A stretch of 64,000 nt of DNA from the NCBI GenBank assembly GCA_051362555.1, contig CM120642.1, forward strand, positions 3,472,001-3,536,000. Direction: 5' to 3'. The position numbers were made by a program, and so were the translations under genes. The number at the start of each line of letters is the position of its first letter. Within the stretch, counting starts at the first letter, position 1. Shown in pieces: positions 1 to 10,940 of the stretch. This DNA comes from Lingula anatina (Eukaryota > Animalia > Brachiopoda). The notes below the pieces were generated by a model. The model saw only the letters and a program-made list of their open reading frames with translations. It was not told where the DNA came from and made no database searches.

Positions 1-91
1 GCCAGCGCTAACGCTGGTGGTACAATTACCTTTTGGGTCAATACCACGCCCCTCACCACCCTATAGAGACGTTCTCTGCTCCTCTCCCTAC

Positions 92-219
92 CTTGACTGT
101 GAGACTGTTCCCTTGATAAGCAAGCAAAGGCAGTGGATATAGTGGCAGCAATAGAAATAGGTAGGGTGCCCCATACATGTACTGGTATGAGAAAGTTGGC
201 GTGATGCAATAATATACTC
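92..219 (-). CDS. Possible exon of the left-edge gene; one frame gives signal-peptide-like MYGAPYLFLLLPLYPLPLLAYQGNSLTVK (ATG at 178)
   Basis: Acceptor-like taatgttag| at 220/219, donor-like AAG|GTAGGG at 92/91, and higher GC than the flanks. The reading frame and product cannot be fixed, since another frame stays open to base 1. Confidence 0.2.
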
Positions 220-656
220 CTAACATTATGAATGATGCAATACAATACACATTAAAATGCGTGAAGCAAAGCGGGTAGATTTGCTAAACAATGTCATATC
301 CAATGTTTGAAAAATGAGTGGTAAATATAACATATTTGTTATAATAATAATAGATTAAAATGTATATACAGAGTGGAAGTTCTTATTCGGTACACGAATC
401 CGCGGGAAAATTGGAAAGATGAAGGTAGTAACATTACACCCTGTCCAATCACTGGATCAGTCCAAGCCATGATGAAATGCAGGCACAAAAGAAAGAGGGG
501 GTGCAAACGAACCAGTGCCAAAGAACAAACGACACTCAAAATTGCTAAGTACACTAGTATAAGTTCATTGATCACTGATTCAGCCGAAAAATATCGTCTG
601 CATTAAAAGTTTACGTGTAACGCTAGAATTAAACACAATTTTGAAACAGAACTTAC

Positions 657-930
657 AATTTTCGAGTCTCCAGCCCAATATAGTAGAAATGTTGAATCTA
701 AATCGTCTGAGTATTCTCCTCCGACCTCTTCATGGTCCGTGTGATGTGGGACATTGTGTTCGATGTTGTCTAGCAGTTAGAAGAACTGTCACGATTGTAG
801 AACGTGCTTCCGGTTGACCTATATACATTCTCCAAATTAGAAACTCGCTTTAGACATTCAGGTATGATAAGGAACTTGCAATGAAAACGAGGTAAAGCAA
901 CCGGTTGAGCACGTGATTGTGTTTACTCAA
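657..930 (-). promoter_or_regulatory. Putative promoter and first (probably 5'UTR) exon of a gene running off the left edge
   Basis: CpG-rich patch. ETS-like CCGGAAG on the - strand at 807-813 and E-box CACGTG at 910-915. Strong - strand donor |GTAAGT at 656-651. Confidence 0.35.
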
Positions 931-1747
931 CGTTTTTTTTTTGTTAAGACAGTGCACTCCCAATCAAATTTATTTGATATTCATTGTTTTTAATTTAAAT
1001 TAAAGGGAAAATAATGATATTTTTCCATATCTTTACATTTGAATATGCATGGATATTTTTAAATAACATTTTAAAAATAATTTCCCATCTGAAATACAGT
1101 ACTGTATGCATGTGTACTGTAGTGCAATTACATGTATAACACATATGTATGGAAAAAAAGTTTAATATTTCAGAGACAAATACTGGCTACATTTGTCATG
1201 CCAAAGAAGGTATGCTGGTGGATTAACAAGAATAAAAAAACAACAAAATTAGAGTTTGTTTGGCAAAGTTGTATTTTAAAACATACACTGTACATTGTAC
1301 ATGTAGTTACCGGTAGTACTGTACAGTACCAGTATTTAGATAATGTACTGAACTTAAAGAATGAGTGTAATGACTATGTGGTTGTACAAAAAATAAGGGG
1401 GTGACAGGAGGATGATTTAAATGTTAGGTGTTTGAGCATACTGAGTATATATGGCCAGTATTGACAAATTTTTTATCAAAATGCTCCATTTTTTCTATTT
1501 GGTTTTTAAACTTCAAATAATTACTAGTACTGTATTTGTTGTCCTCTTGAAAAAAATTACTACAGCGTATTAAGTACTAGAAACAAAGTTTAATTTTATT
1601 TGATAGTTAAATTATCAGAAGAATACACATCTGAGTCATCTTTTTTGGCAACATACACATTTTGGCCGGACACATTTACAAACCTTAACCTACAGCATAA
1701 ATAGTTAAAAGCTTTACAAGTCGGGACTGTAATACAGTAGGTGTAAC

Positions 1748-1776
1748 CAGGGAATTATATCGGATATAATTCCCTG
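1748..1776. mobile_element. 29-bp perfect hairpin mini-element with target-site duplication
   Basis: CAGGGAATTATATC-G-GATATAATTCCCTG flanked by the direct repeat GTGTAAC at 1741-1747 and 1777-1783. Confidence 0.65.
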
Positions 1777-1834
1777 GTGTAACAAACTACATATATGTCA
1801 CAACACCATCCCCAAGTCTGTTAGTAAGCAGATG

Positions 1835-2012
1835 GGGGCCGTAGCAATAGTCCGAAGGTTCAATAGTCCGAAGGTTCATTGTTCCAAATATTCACTATAG
1901 AACCTTCGGACCAATGAACCCTTGATTAAAAAATCGATGAAAATGTTACCACTTTTCGGACCAATGATCCTTCGGACCAATTGATGAACCTTCGGACTAT
2001 CAAGACGCCCCC
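1835..2012. mobile_element. MITE with subterminal tandem repeats (MULE/foldback-like)
   Basis: Imperfect TIRs GGGGCCGTAGCAATAGTCCGAAGGTTCA / TGAACCTTCGGACTATCAAGACGCCCC, with internal ~15-bp TCCGAAGGTTCA units in both orientations. TSD AGCAGATG at 1827-1834 and 2013-2020. Confidence 0.8.
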
Positions 2013-2128
2013 AGCAGATGAAATATTGAACAGAAAAGTACAAGTTCATTTTCCCCAGCTATTGACCAAAGAACTTCAATTCTAACTTTCAAGTACAAGC
2101 ACATTTAATTTAACCACATTGATGGATT

Positions 2129-2152
2129 GGGGGGGGGGGGGGGGGGGGGGGG
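2129..2152 (+). repeat. poly-G run (24 nt)
   Basis: Directly visible. Confidence 0.95.
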
Positions 2153-2319
2153 ATCCTCCACCCCTCCTGTTTTCCTCAAAAGGAAAGCTTTCAGAAAAGA
2201 TTATCATAATGGAATCCAAAGAAGAATATTTCATAACACCTAACATTGCACCATATTTTGAAGCCACTTATTCAGCAGTACCCTCCTCCACCCCAAAAAA
2301 CAACAATGAGCTCCTGATC

Positions 2320-2320
<1 letters not shown>

Positions 2321-2374
<54 letters not shown>
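2321..2374 (+). repeat. (TAA)n microsatellite, in the probable 3'UTR of the MYND gene
   Basis: About 18 perfect units, 36 nt downstream of the - strand stop codon. Confidence 0.95.
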
Positions 2375-2409
2375 GCTGCTTTGCTGTTTTTCACATTTTG
2401 TTTATTTTT

Positions 2410-3397
2410 TCACCTGTTTCCAAGTTCAATAATGGCATCAATCACATTGTCTGTCTTTCTCAGAGCTTTTATAGCTGTGTTTCTATCAATATTCATCTGC
2501 TTCATAACCACTTCAATGTCTTGCTTCTCCAAGCCCTCCTCACTCTCAGCCTTTTCACCAAGCGCCTGAAATACTGCCTTTTCTGTAATAAATTCCTTAA
2601 TGTTACCCTGTCCCATTAGTTTTCCTTGACAAATCAATTTCAACTTGCTGAGAGGAATTTGAACAGTATGTGCTATTTGTTGCATTATATCTTCTCCAGA
2701 CCAGTGTTTTTGAATAGGGAGTTTGTGTTTTTCTTTATTTCCTTTCACAATAATTGTTGATGTGAGTTGCTTGGTGTCAGTATCTAGAGGACCATCCATG
2801 CATTTGCTACTGGAAGGTCGGGAAGATGTTGAGAGTGTTACTTCTCTTTCTTTACATTCAAACATGATAACCCCTGAGACTTTCGATGTAGTTTGTTGCA
2901 TATCAACATTTTCAGCTACTGTCTGTTTCTGAGTACCATGATCAAATTGTTCTGGTAATTTTGTAGTTTGATTGTGATCTTTAGCATCCTGATGTTGACA
3001 GTCTGTTTTCTTATCTGTTGTAGAGCTAACCTGGGGAAAATTATCTGATTGAAAACACTTGTTCTGTTCTAGTCTTCTTTGAACACTTTCCGAGTGACTT
3101 CCACCACTCTTTGGACCATTTTCTTTCCCATAGCATTGGTGCTGATTGTTCAATCTCACTGTAGAAATATTTTGGTCTTTGTAGTTTTCTCCTTCATAAA
3201 CATTTGATACATGCAAGTCTCCACTGTTTTCTTCACTTGAATGTTGAATTGTCTTTAATGATGTGCTGTCCATTTCAGTGTTTAATTTTGATAAGTTTTT
3301 GGCATTTGGGGTATGTCTGATGCTGGGAGACTCTGGGACATTTTTATTGCACAGGTCTTTGTGAGAAGTCCAGTCCTTAACTTGACATGCACGGGAA
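2410..3397 (-). CDS. Terminal coding exon of a MYND-UBL-UBA protein (second half of MYND finger, low-complexity linker, UBL domain ~2760-2554, NAC-alpha/HYPK-like UBA ~2538-2413)
   Basis: Long open frame ending in TGA at 2412-2410. Acceptor cttccttccag|T at 3398/3397. Phase-2 join TG+T completes the Cys of VYC-SRACQVKDWTSHKDLC (MYND consensus). KLKLICQGKLM is a UBL signature. The C-terminus GLEKQDIEVVMKQMNIDRNTAIKALRKTDNVIDAIIELGN resembles the NACA/HYPK UBA-like three-helix domain. Confidence 0.85.
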
Positions 3398-3718
3398 CTG
3401 GAAGGAAGTGTACTCAGTAGGTAAAATATATTTACATTATGGAGTAAAATATATAATACTGGAAAGTGTAAGTAAGTATATTGTGTCAACTGATTTAAAA
3501 AAAATTCTTGTAGATATGTTGATAATTTAAATTTATTTATCAAGATTTTTACAGTAAACCAAAAGCAATCAAACAGTCATATAAAATGCACAGCCAGAAA
3601 ATCAGACACTGGCCTCAACTTTTCTATATAATATACTTTCAATAAAATCATAGAGAGAGGCACCATTTTGTCGAAATCCAAATTAGTATAAGCTTTTACT
3701 TTTAAAGTGTTCACATAC

Positions 3719-3849
3719 CAGTAGACCACTTTTTGACAACGGGTACATCTCTTTAAAATCGACTGTATTTTCCCACACCTTTTGCACGCCAAACGGTATG
3801 ATAGTTTACCTTGGAGGCACTTGTTCGTCAATAGGGGGCGAAAATAGAC
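3719..3849 (-). CDS. Upstream exon of the MYND-UBL-UBA gene (first half of MYND finger); start codon unresolved
   Basis: Encodes ACKRCGKIQSILKRCTRCQKVVY (CxxC...CxxC). Donor TG|GTATGT at 3719/3718 is phase-compatible with the 3397 exon. Probable acceptor ttgtcttgttaatcag| at 3850/3849. No in-frame ATG; TTG-GCG-TGC at 3792 sits just before the first Cys. Confidence 0.75.
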
Positions 3850-4302
3850 CTGATTAACAAGACAAGCCACCACAATTTGTGCTATCTTAATCAGTTACAC
3901 TAAATGCTGTTTGTTTTTTGTTCTACTCCTTTACAATATAAAAAAACATTTTCAGTTTTTGATACAATTGTTGATACTATTTTAATTTGGCGTTTTAAGA
4001 AATATCATATGTCAAAATAAACAAACCAATCACAAAAGGTCATCTCTGTCATGTGATCTGAGAGATTTCCCTCACCGCAACTGGGACACTAGTAGTGCAT
4101 TACACCGACACGGTGTAGGCTCTGTTTAAGTTAGGTCTAACCTAAGGGGATGTTGTAAAGACTCCATATGACATTCTTATTAAATAGAGCAAGGGAAGTT
4201 GTTGTATGTTTGTATAATTGAAACCTTGTTGAAGTTCTCGTTACTTTGAATACCCAAGGGTTTCCCGCTGGCAAAGACGCGAGGAGAAGGCACTTTCGCA
4301 TC
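3850..4302. promoter_or_regulatory. Putative bidirectional promoter / 5' region shared by the MYND-UBL-UBA gene (-) and the LMO7-like gene (+)
   Basis: About 450 bp between head-to-head coding exons. CpG density is locally higher than in the introns. Canonical CCAAT box AACCAATCA at 4024-4032. A - strand donor-like CG|GTGAG at 4076/4075 suggests a 5'UTR exon of the MYND gene. Confidence 0.55.
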
Positions 4303-4416
4303 ATGGCGGATTCAAGTGAGCCGGTTGAATCGAATTGGTCGTTTAGATCAAGGATTGACGAGGAATTGGAGTTTTACACGGATATGGCATTGCATGAAAC
4401 ACAGAGATGGATCGAG
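4303..4416 (+). CDS. LMO7: LMO7/LIMCH1-family protein, coding exon 1 (MADSSEPVESNWSFRSRIDEELEFYTDMALHETQRWIE)
   Basis: atcATGGCG start context. Ends in the CH-domain first helix ETQRWIE with donor GAG|gttagt (phase 0). Confidence 0.9.
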
Positions 4417-7400
4417 GTTAGTTACTTTGTAGCTTAAAATTTCCTTAGAATTCCCAATGAACTTTTTGAAAAGTTTTCTGAAGTGATTGAATGTGCATGG
4501 AATCTTTGCCCGAAACTGACAAGTTAGTTATGTTGTCAGCTTTTTATGGAATTTTATTGCCGAGACCGTGGGAAAATGTCATTTTAATGTTAGGTTGTAA
4601 ACGTATCATCCTAATAAGAAATAGCATTTAAAGATGAAGAGACTTGAAGTGAACGTTTATTTTTTTTCGCATGAGCAACATATATAACAGGAAAAGATTT
4701 TCCAAGTTCTTATCGACGATCGCCCTGAATATTATTTAAAATGGTTTGTGGAATTTTGTTAGTTAACCATTCAAATTGAAAATTAGATTGCCACACCCCA
4801 ATAAAATGTAATCCCAAGGTCAACAGATTTGTGTTTTATTTAATTAATTGTCACATGTAACATGATCAGACTAGTAAACTTTAATTTCTGATGGTAATAT
4901 TGAGATTAACATAACTAAATTGTTAAACACAAGGCATATATAAGTTTATACTCAAACATTTTTGAAAAGTAGAATTAGACATAAGAGAAAACTGATTGCT
5001 TTTTTTTATGAAACGGTTTTCTTGAAACGACAAATATCTTTATTTGTTTAAAACACAGAATAATGTGTGTGATAAACTGCTGTTGTGCACTTACAATTTA
5101 TTGCTTTATGAACTGCTAACAGCTTTATAAATTCTTTGATTAAATAAAAGCCAATTTAAAATCATATTCCGATGTTGTGCACACTAAAGTACATGACATT
5201 TAGATAAGTTTATCAAATAGCCTTGGGAATGTCAGCTATTTCAATGAGCTTGTGTCAGTGCTACATGAGATTACCCACTGTTTGTCTTGTTTACTCAAGT
5301 GGACATAGGAACCGCATGGATGTTTGTATTTGTAAAATGGGGGCATCAATGTATCACAGTTAGAATATTTCATTTTATGTGTAAAAAGAACAAGGTGTAT
5401 GTATGATATTTATGGGTGGGGGTGGGGGGGGGGGGGGGGAGACTGTACCTACCCAACTGCCTCCTTTGCTTTGAATTCTTTATTTTGCATTGTTGAATAA
5501 TACACCCAAGGTGTAAAGTTTGCAAGCCTGTTTCAAAAGGAGAAAGTATATGACCAGAGTACTATATTTAAGTTTTTCTATCTCTGATAGGCTGTGATTT
5601 GAAAGAAATTATAACTGCATTAATTTTCTAAATGAAATTGTTAAAAAAAGTGCCGGGGAATGTGACACTATGTTTGATATATTTCTCTTTTGCAAACTAA
5701 ATTTTTGGATTAAAAAAGATTCCCACTAGCATGCCCTATTGATTATCACTCTTGACTGAGTTAACATAGTTGAAGACGTGTAGAACTAGTAAACTACGTA
5801 TAATGCACATATTGGCTTTGGCCAGAAGAGATTAGCCAATGGTCAGATAATATATTAATTAATGCTGCCTTTCCCTTAAAGGTTATATATATCTGTGTGG
5901 GAGCTTGATATCTTGATATGTTACTGTATTTTGTGGTACTCATTAGCATTCAGGAAGGTTTGCACCTGTGGGTTCTGTTTTCTAAAGCAACGTTAATGTC
6001 ACTTCAAACATCTCAATGTAACCTGTAGTTTTACCCGACTTTTGGGCATATTGATTTATGTAGTAGCGTTGAACTCCACTTTATAACATGGTTGCCCTGG
6101 AGTATTTAATGCATGCTATGCAAACAATAGAGAGGGAAACAGAAATGCCAAGTAAAAATAAAAATCACATAGTGAGAATCTTAATATATAATGATTCTGA
6201 AATTAAACTTACCTAAACCTGTGAAATAAAGCATAGGGATGAGCATATTTTTGTAACTTATTTACCTTTGAATATATCGAGCTGGATATTTAAACAAATG
6301 TGTTTTGTTCTATGATTTTTAACCAAGCTTAAAGTTTAAATTACTGTTACTTATGCATACATTCCTTTGAACATGTTAACCAACAAGATGAAATTTATTT
6401 AAATACAGTGAAACTGGTTTTAGTTTAGGTACCCTTTGGTATTTCAATGAAATGAACTTAAGACTATGTTATATCCACTTGTATTTGAACTCGAGGATCA
6501 TTAAAAAACCATTTTGAAAAAATGGGATTCATTGCTACATCACTATTGGCACGTAGTAGTAATTTTTCATGATGAACTGTTAAGGACCCCTAAAAGTTAT
6601 CTTAACAAAAGTATTGTGCACTCTATACCAGGGGAATGATGACATCAGTATTGTGCAAAACTTCTCACAGTATAGAAATGTGCACAGCTACATATTAGCC
6701 AGAGAAATATCTGTGAATATCTACTGAAAAAATTATGCTCTCTGTAACCCTGGAGAAGAAGGGTAGGTATAATGTTGGTCATTGCACTTTAGCTTCCACT
6801 TTGATAACATAGCCTTACCCTGAGGTAGAGGGTTTACCCTGAGGTTGATGGTGTTTAGTCCCATGACAGGACGGCTGAGAAAAGGGAAGCTATAATTAGC
6901 AGGCAACATACTGTTACAGGATATGTGCTGTCTGCTATCCCCTTGTGGAAATGTTGCCATGTCTGAATTTAAATGGGTGAGTAACACCTGTATTTGGCTC
7001 ATGGGAGTGTCCTTGGCGTACATGTGACAGCCAGGTAACACATGTTTTAGAGGCTGTGGTGACAGCAACACAGATGCTCCTTCGTATTTAAATTCAGGCA
7101 AATTCAGTGCAATAAGAGGACCAGACCTTTAAGTGTCTTTTTTTTAGCTATCAATATCTAGTTTAATTGAGAATTCAGTTTTAACTTAAGTTAACTGTAG
7201 TATTCTGCACTATAATGATTCTTTCACATTTTTATATGGTATAACTGCTAAGGGCCCTTGACATTCGCTACCTTGAAATAAGACATTTGTTTTGGAAAAG
7301 GTGTTTATTATGTTGCCTCCAGTGATAAGGTTTTTGAAAGAGCTTGGCCTCGATTGATTATAAATATGTCACCCTAGTGTGTCAAAAATGTGGCCAAACA

Positions 7401-9142
7401 AAACAGTTCCCACTAGATAATCGGCAAAAGATAACCTCAGCATAACATTATGAGCAGATTTGTCTCAATTACATTCCTTAGATCAATTATTTATGGATTA
7501 CTGGTTGTTGGTTTAATATTTAATTGAGTGCTGCACGCAAATCTAACCAATTCATTCAGTCTTCAGGATGAATTAACACACCGTGCTAGATTTAGCAAAT
7601 TGGTGCTTGTGCTAAGAAAACTAAAATAAAAGAGAGATAAAACAGATTTACTTTACCGCCTTGTTCAGCAGCCAGTTTTGATAAGAGTGAAATAACTGAG
7701 TAAAACTGTTGTTATAGTATTGATGAAGTTGTAAGAACTAGGCACATTGCTGTCATTTATTTTTTTCAGTAAAATTGGGTATTTTTTACCTAAAAGTAAA
7801 AGTATATTGAAAAAGATTCTGGTTTCATTTATGTGTAACTTTATATTAGCTAAAAAAATAAAATGAATAAATGAAACAAAGTTTCATATTTGCCCTACAC
7901 CAGACATGGTGAACTATTATATTTTAGAAATATGAAGCTGAAGAACAGGACGCGGTTTAACGCTCATGAAAAACAGATTTCATTACCATAACAAACAGAA
8001 ACTGTCAACTTGAAATGCACAGTGTGAAATGACTCTATTTAAATGTCTAACAAAGCCATTGGGACTTCACTGACCACTAGTTTTGACAGGTAGCACTGTT
8101 GTACTAGGGTTCTTGTGGTGGGCTGTTGTAGGTCGCTTCAACATGGTCTCTGTAATGGACTGCCATTAGTTTAAGTTTGAACATTAAACTATCAAACCTT
8201 GAAGGTTATTGCCACGTCCCTCAGTACAGGCATTTATTTGTACAACAATTTTAAAAAAAGATCAGCTCTACAAGAAATTGAAAATTGGGTCAGTAAAAGA
8301 AAAGTGAAGTACTTTTTTTATTTAAAAAAGTACATGTTGTAAGACCAGCACATTATTTAGCACTTGATAGTGCTTCAGGATTTTCAGTGTCTCTATGGAT
8401 CCATAAGATTTTTGTAGAAGTCATTATAGAATAAATAATTTTTCAAAAAAAGATTAACATATCAGATGTAGTACTTCACACTGTAGGATAATTTTCATTG
8501 AAATGAATGTGAATTACATGCTATGTCTGGTAATACTATTTCATTATTTCTTACTCCTGGTTGTACCTTGATAACTGAGAAGAGTGCTGTAAGCCATTTA
8601 ATTATAATGTATCTTTCAGAATGGCATTTCTGTAAGGCATGATATTGCAGGGAGGAAGGACCTCGTTTTAATAATGGCTTTATCTCACGAACAAACTGAG
8701 ATGGTCAGGCAAATCAAGATATCTGATAAACTAATGGACTTTGTTGCAATGAGAAATGGTCTAAGCTCTAAGTTCTCCATTATAAAAGGGATTCATGGAA
8801 CATTGCATCCATTTTTAATTTAATAAACAACCTGTTTGTGTGGGTTTCAGATGGGGAGAAATTAAGTGTTTTAAGCATGCCCTTTACTTCAACACCTCAA
8901 ATGGAATCTCAACCTGTTTCAGGGAATTGCCTTTCAGAAACGAAATTCCTGACCCATGTCAGAGTCAGAATTAGTTTTTAAAATAATGAAGGTTTTTTAG
9001 TTGTATTCCCAATATTCCACAGGTAATAACCTCATCAGAAAACTCATTGAATTTTTAACTGACCTCAAGTGAATTACATTATATAAACAGATTTAATGAC
9101 TTGACGGATGGTAAATTGTAAAACTGATATTAGGTTAGTATT

Positions 9143-9250
9143 CAGGCCCGTAGCCAGCGTTGGGGGTGGGGGGGTGGGGGGTCTTTTTCTGAAAAAGTAA
9201 ATCTTTTACCATAAAACCTTTGTGTAGTTATATCAAATTTAACCCAGAGA
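9143..9250 (+). repeat. Dispersed repeat copy (CAGG-CCGTAGCCAG / G-tract / TTTTTCTGAAAAAGTGGA family, probable non-autonomous DNA transposon)
   Basis: Shares CAGGcccgtagc, tttttctgaaaaagt and atcaaatttaac.cagag with the copy at 38707. Confidence 0.6.
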
Positions 9251-10710
9251 AGATATTTTTTCTCTTCTGTGATTTTTTATAAATATGGAACTTCAGCAAC
9301 TCAGTAACTGTTTTCTTATCACAATATAAGACCACATACAAACTTCAAATATTTACAGTAAGATTTTTAATACAATATCTACCCAGGGTATTCTTTACTG
9401 TTAGGTTACATTTTTGCATGCTTGAGAAAGCTACTTAGATTAATTTTAATCAGCATCTTGACTGGACATATAACAAATAAAATCTCTGTGAATGTGACGA
9501 TTGCATGCCAGTTAGGTGTTGTATATTTTATCCAGCAGCCTCCCTTCTTAGTGAATTAGATTGCTAGGACATAATCAATCTTAATTATGCTACTAATATC
9601 ACTGTCTTGATTAGTTAGCAGGTTCTCTGACTCCATACACAAGCTTTCTGTACTGATTGTCTTTTTAATGTGTAAAGTCAGCATTTTACTTTTCTTTTGT
9701 TTTTTTTTTAGTCAGAGGTAATTTAAGTACATTTATTCAATATCTGGTACTTAACATGCTAGCATGTAATGAGCTTGTATGTAGTAATCTCTGATATATT
9801 AGCCTCCCATTGTGCATGCACATGGACACGTTTACTCACTGATATCATAGATATTCTATTTGCTGTCTTGACTGTCAAGCATCTTAAATATGATTTTACA
9901 TATCTCTGTATTTTGGAGGATTATGACAACTGACATAAGTTTTGGGTGGAGTCACATGGCTCATCATGATCACTGTCACAGATTGCAGTGAAGGATGTCA
10001 GAGTCCAGCAGTTTTCTGTCTCAAACTTTTGAACACCATGAATAAAAATTTAATTTATTTTCAGAACCACTGTTCTCTGGATTTACTGTAAATTAATTTT
10101 AGAGTTATTACCAAGGATAGATTTGTATTGATCTTTCTTGCAATTACCAATTTGGAAAATATGTTACTGTATGTCATAGTATTGTTTTTGATACCAATTA
10201 TTTGTCAGCTTGTGGTTCTAACTCATCAAAACTTTACAATATTAAGATGAAATATTTTTGCAAAAACAGCAGTAAGACCCTTATGTTGTAGGAGCTATAG
10301 TGTCTTGTTCCTAATCCACATATTATAATTGTTACTCAAAAATTGATGAAGGGGCTTTGTTTGTAGCATTACAAAAACTATTTGAATGTTTTTAGAAATG
10401 AGTTGGGTTCATATCGGAAACATTTATCCTTTTGTGAATAATGGTAAATGCTAAATCCTTTTTCTTAAATGGAAAAGATGAAGTGAAACATTTCAACTTT
10501 GTGAATAATCACCAAATTCATAATGTCTGTCTAAAATATGGCGAGCCAAATGTTCCGTTATATGTTTCCTCTTGTGTGTAGTCTAGATCAGAGGAACAGC
10601 TTTCTCCCTCAGGCTGTTACATGTTGTCAGTACTGTGACCTAGCTGCCACTCAAAACTGCTGTGTTCCTTGTCAAAAAAATCAGCTTATTCTCCATTCTA
10701 AACAGTCTGA

Positions 10711-10711
<1 letters not shown>

Positions 10712-10768
<57 letters not shown>
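10712..10768. repeat. (TA)n microsatellite
   Basis: Directly visible. Confidence 0.95.
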
Positions 10769-10770
<2 letters not shown>

Positions 10771-10789
10771 TGTGCTGGTAATACTTAAA

Positions 10790-10940
10790 CCCAAGGGTTC
10801 TTTTTTTTCTGAAAAAAGGGGTGTCAGAGGGGTCTTTTTCTGAAAAAGTGGATCTTCTCACACCCTTTAGTTACCCAACTTGAGAAATCACATATTATAG
10901 CATCAAGAATCAGGACAGGCCTTTTTCAGACTGAAGGACC
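10790..10940 (+). repeat. Dispersed repeat copy, same family
   Basis: ggggtctttttctgaaaaagtggatcttctcacaccc matches the copies at 9143 and 38707. Confidence 0.55.

Noticed and set aside
731-828. In-frame TGA after an ATG at 828 (- strand) as a possible selenocysteine codon
   Set aside because: No selenoprotein-like motif and no SECIS identifiable in the window.
2119-2619. 166-aa + strand ORF with poly-Gly and poly-Ile
   Set aside because: Produced by the poly-G run and (TAA)n microsatellite, and antisense to the real MYND gene exon.
3398-3543. N-terminal 49 aa of ORF 2410..3543
   Set aside because: AT-rich intron read-through upstream of the acceptor at 3398; the MYND motif is complete only after splicing.
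6733-7101. Intronic ORFs of 100-140 aa (also 16819, 23190, 26426, 44733) as nested genes or transposase/RT fragments
   Set aside because: No recognisable motifs, mostly non-ATG starts, and lengths expected by chance in 64 kb.
10538-10861. ORFs with YIYIYI tracts on both strands
   Set aside because: Translations of the (TA)n microsatellite.
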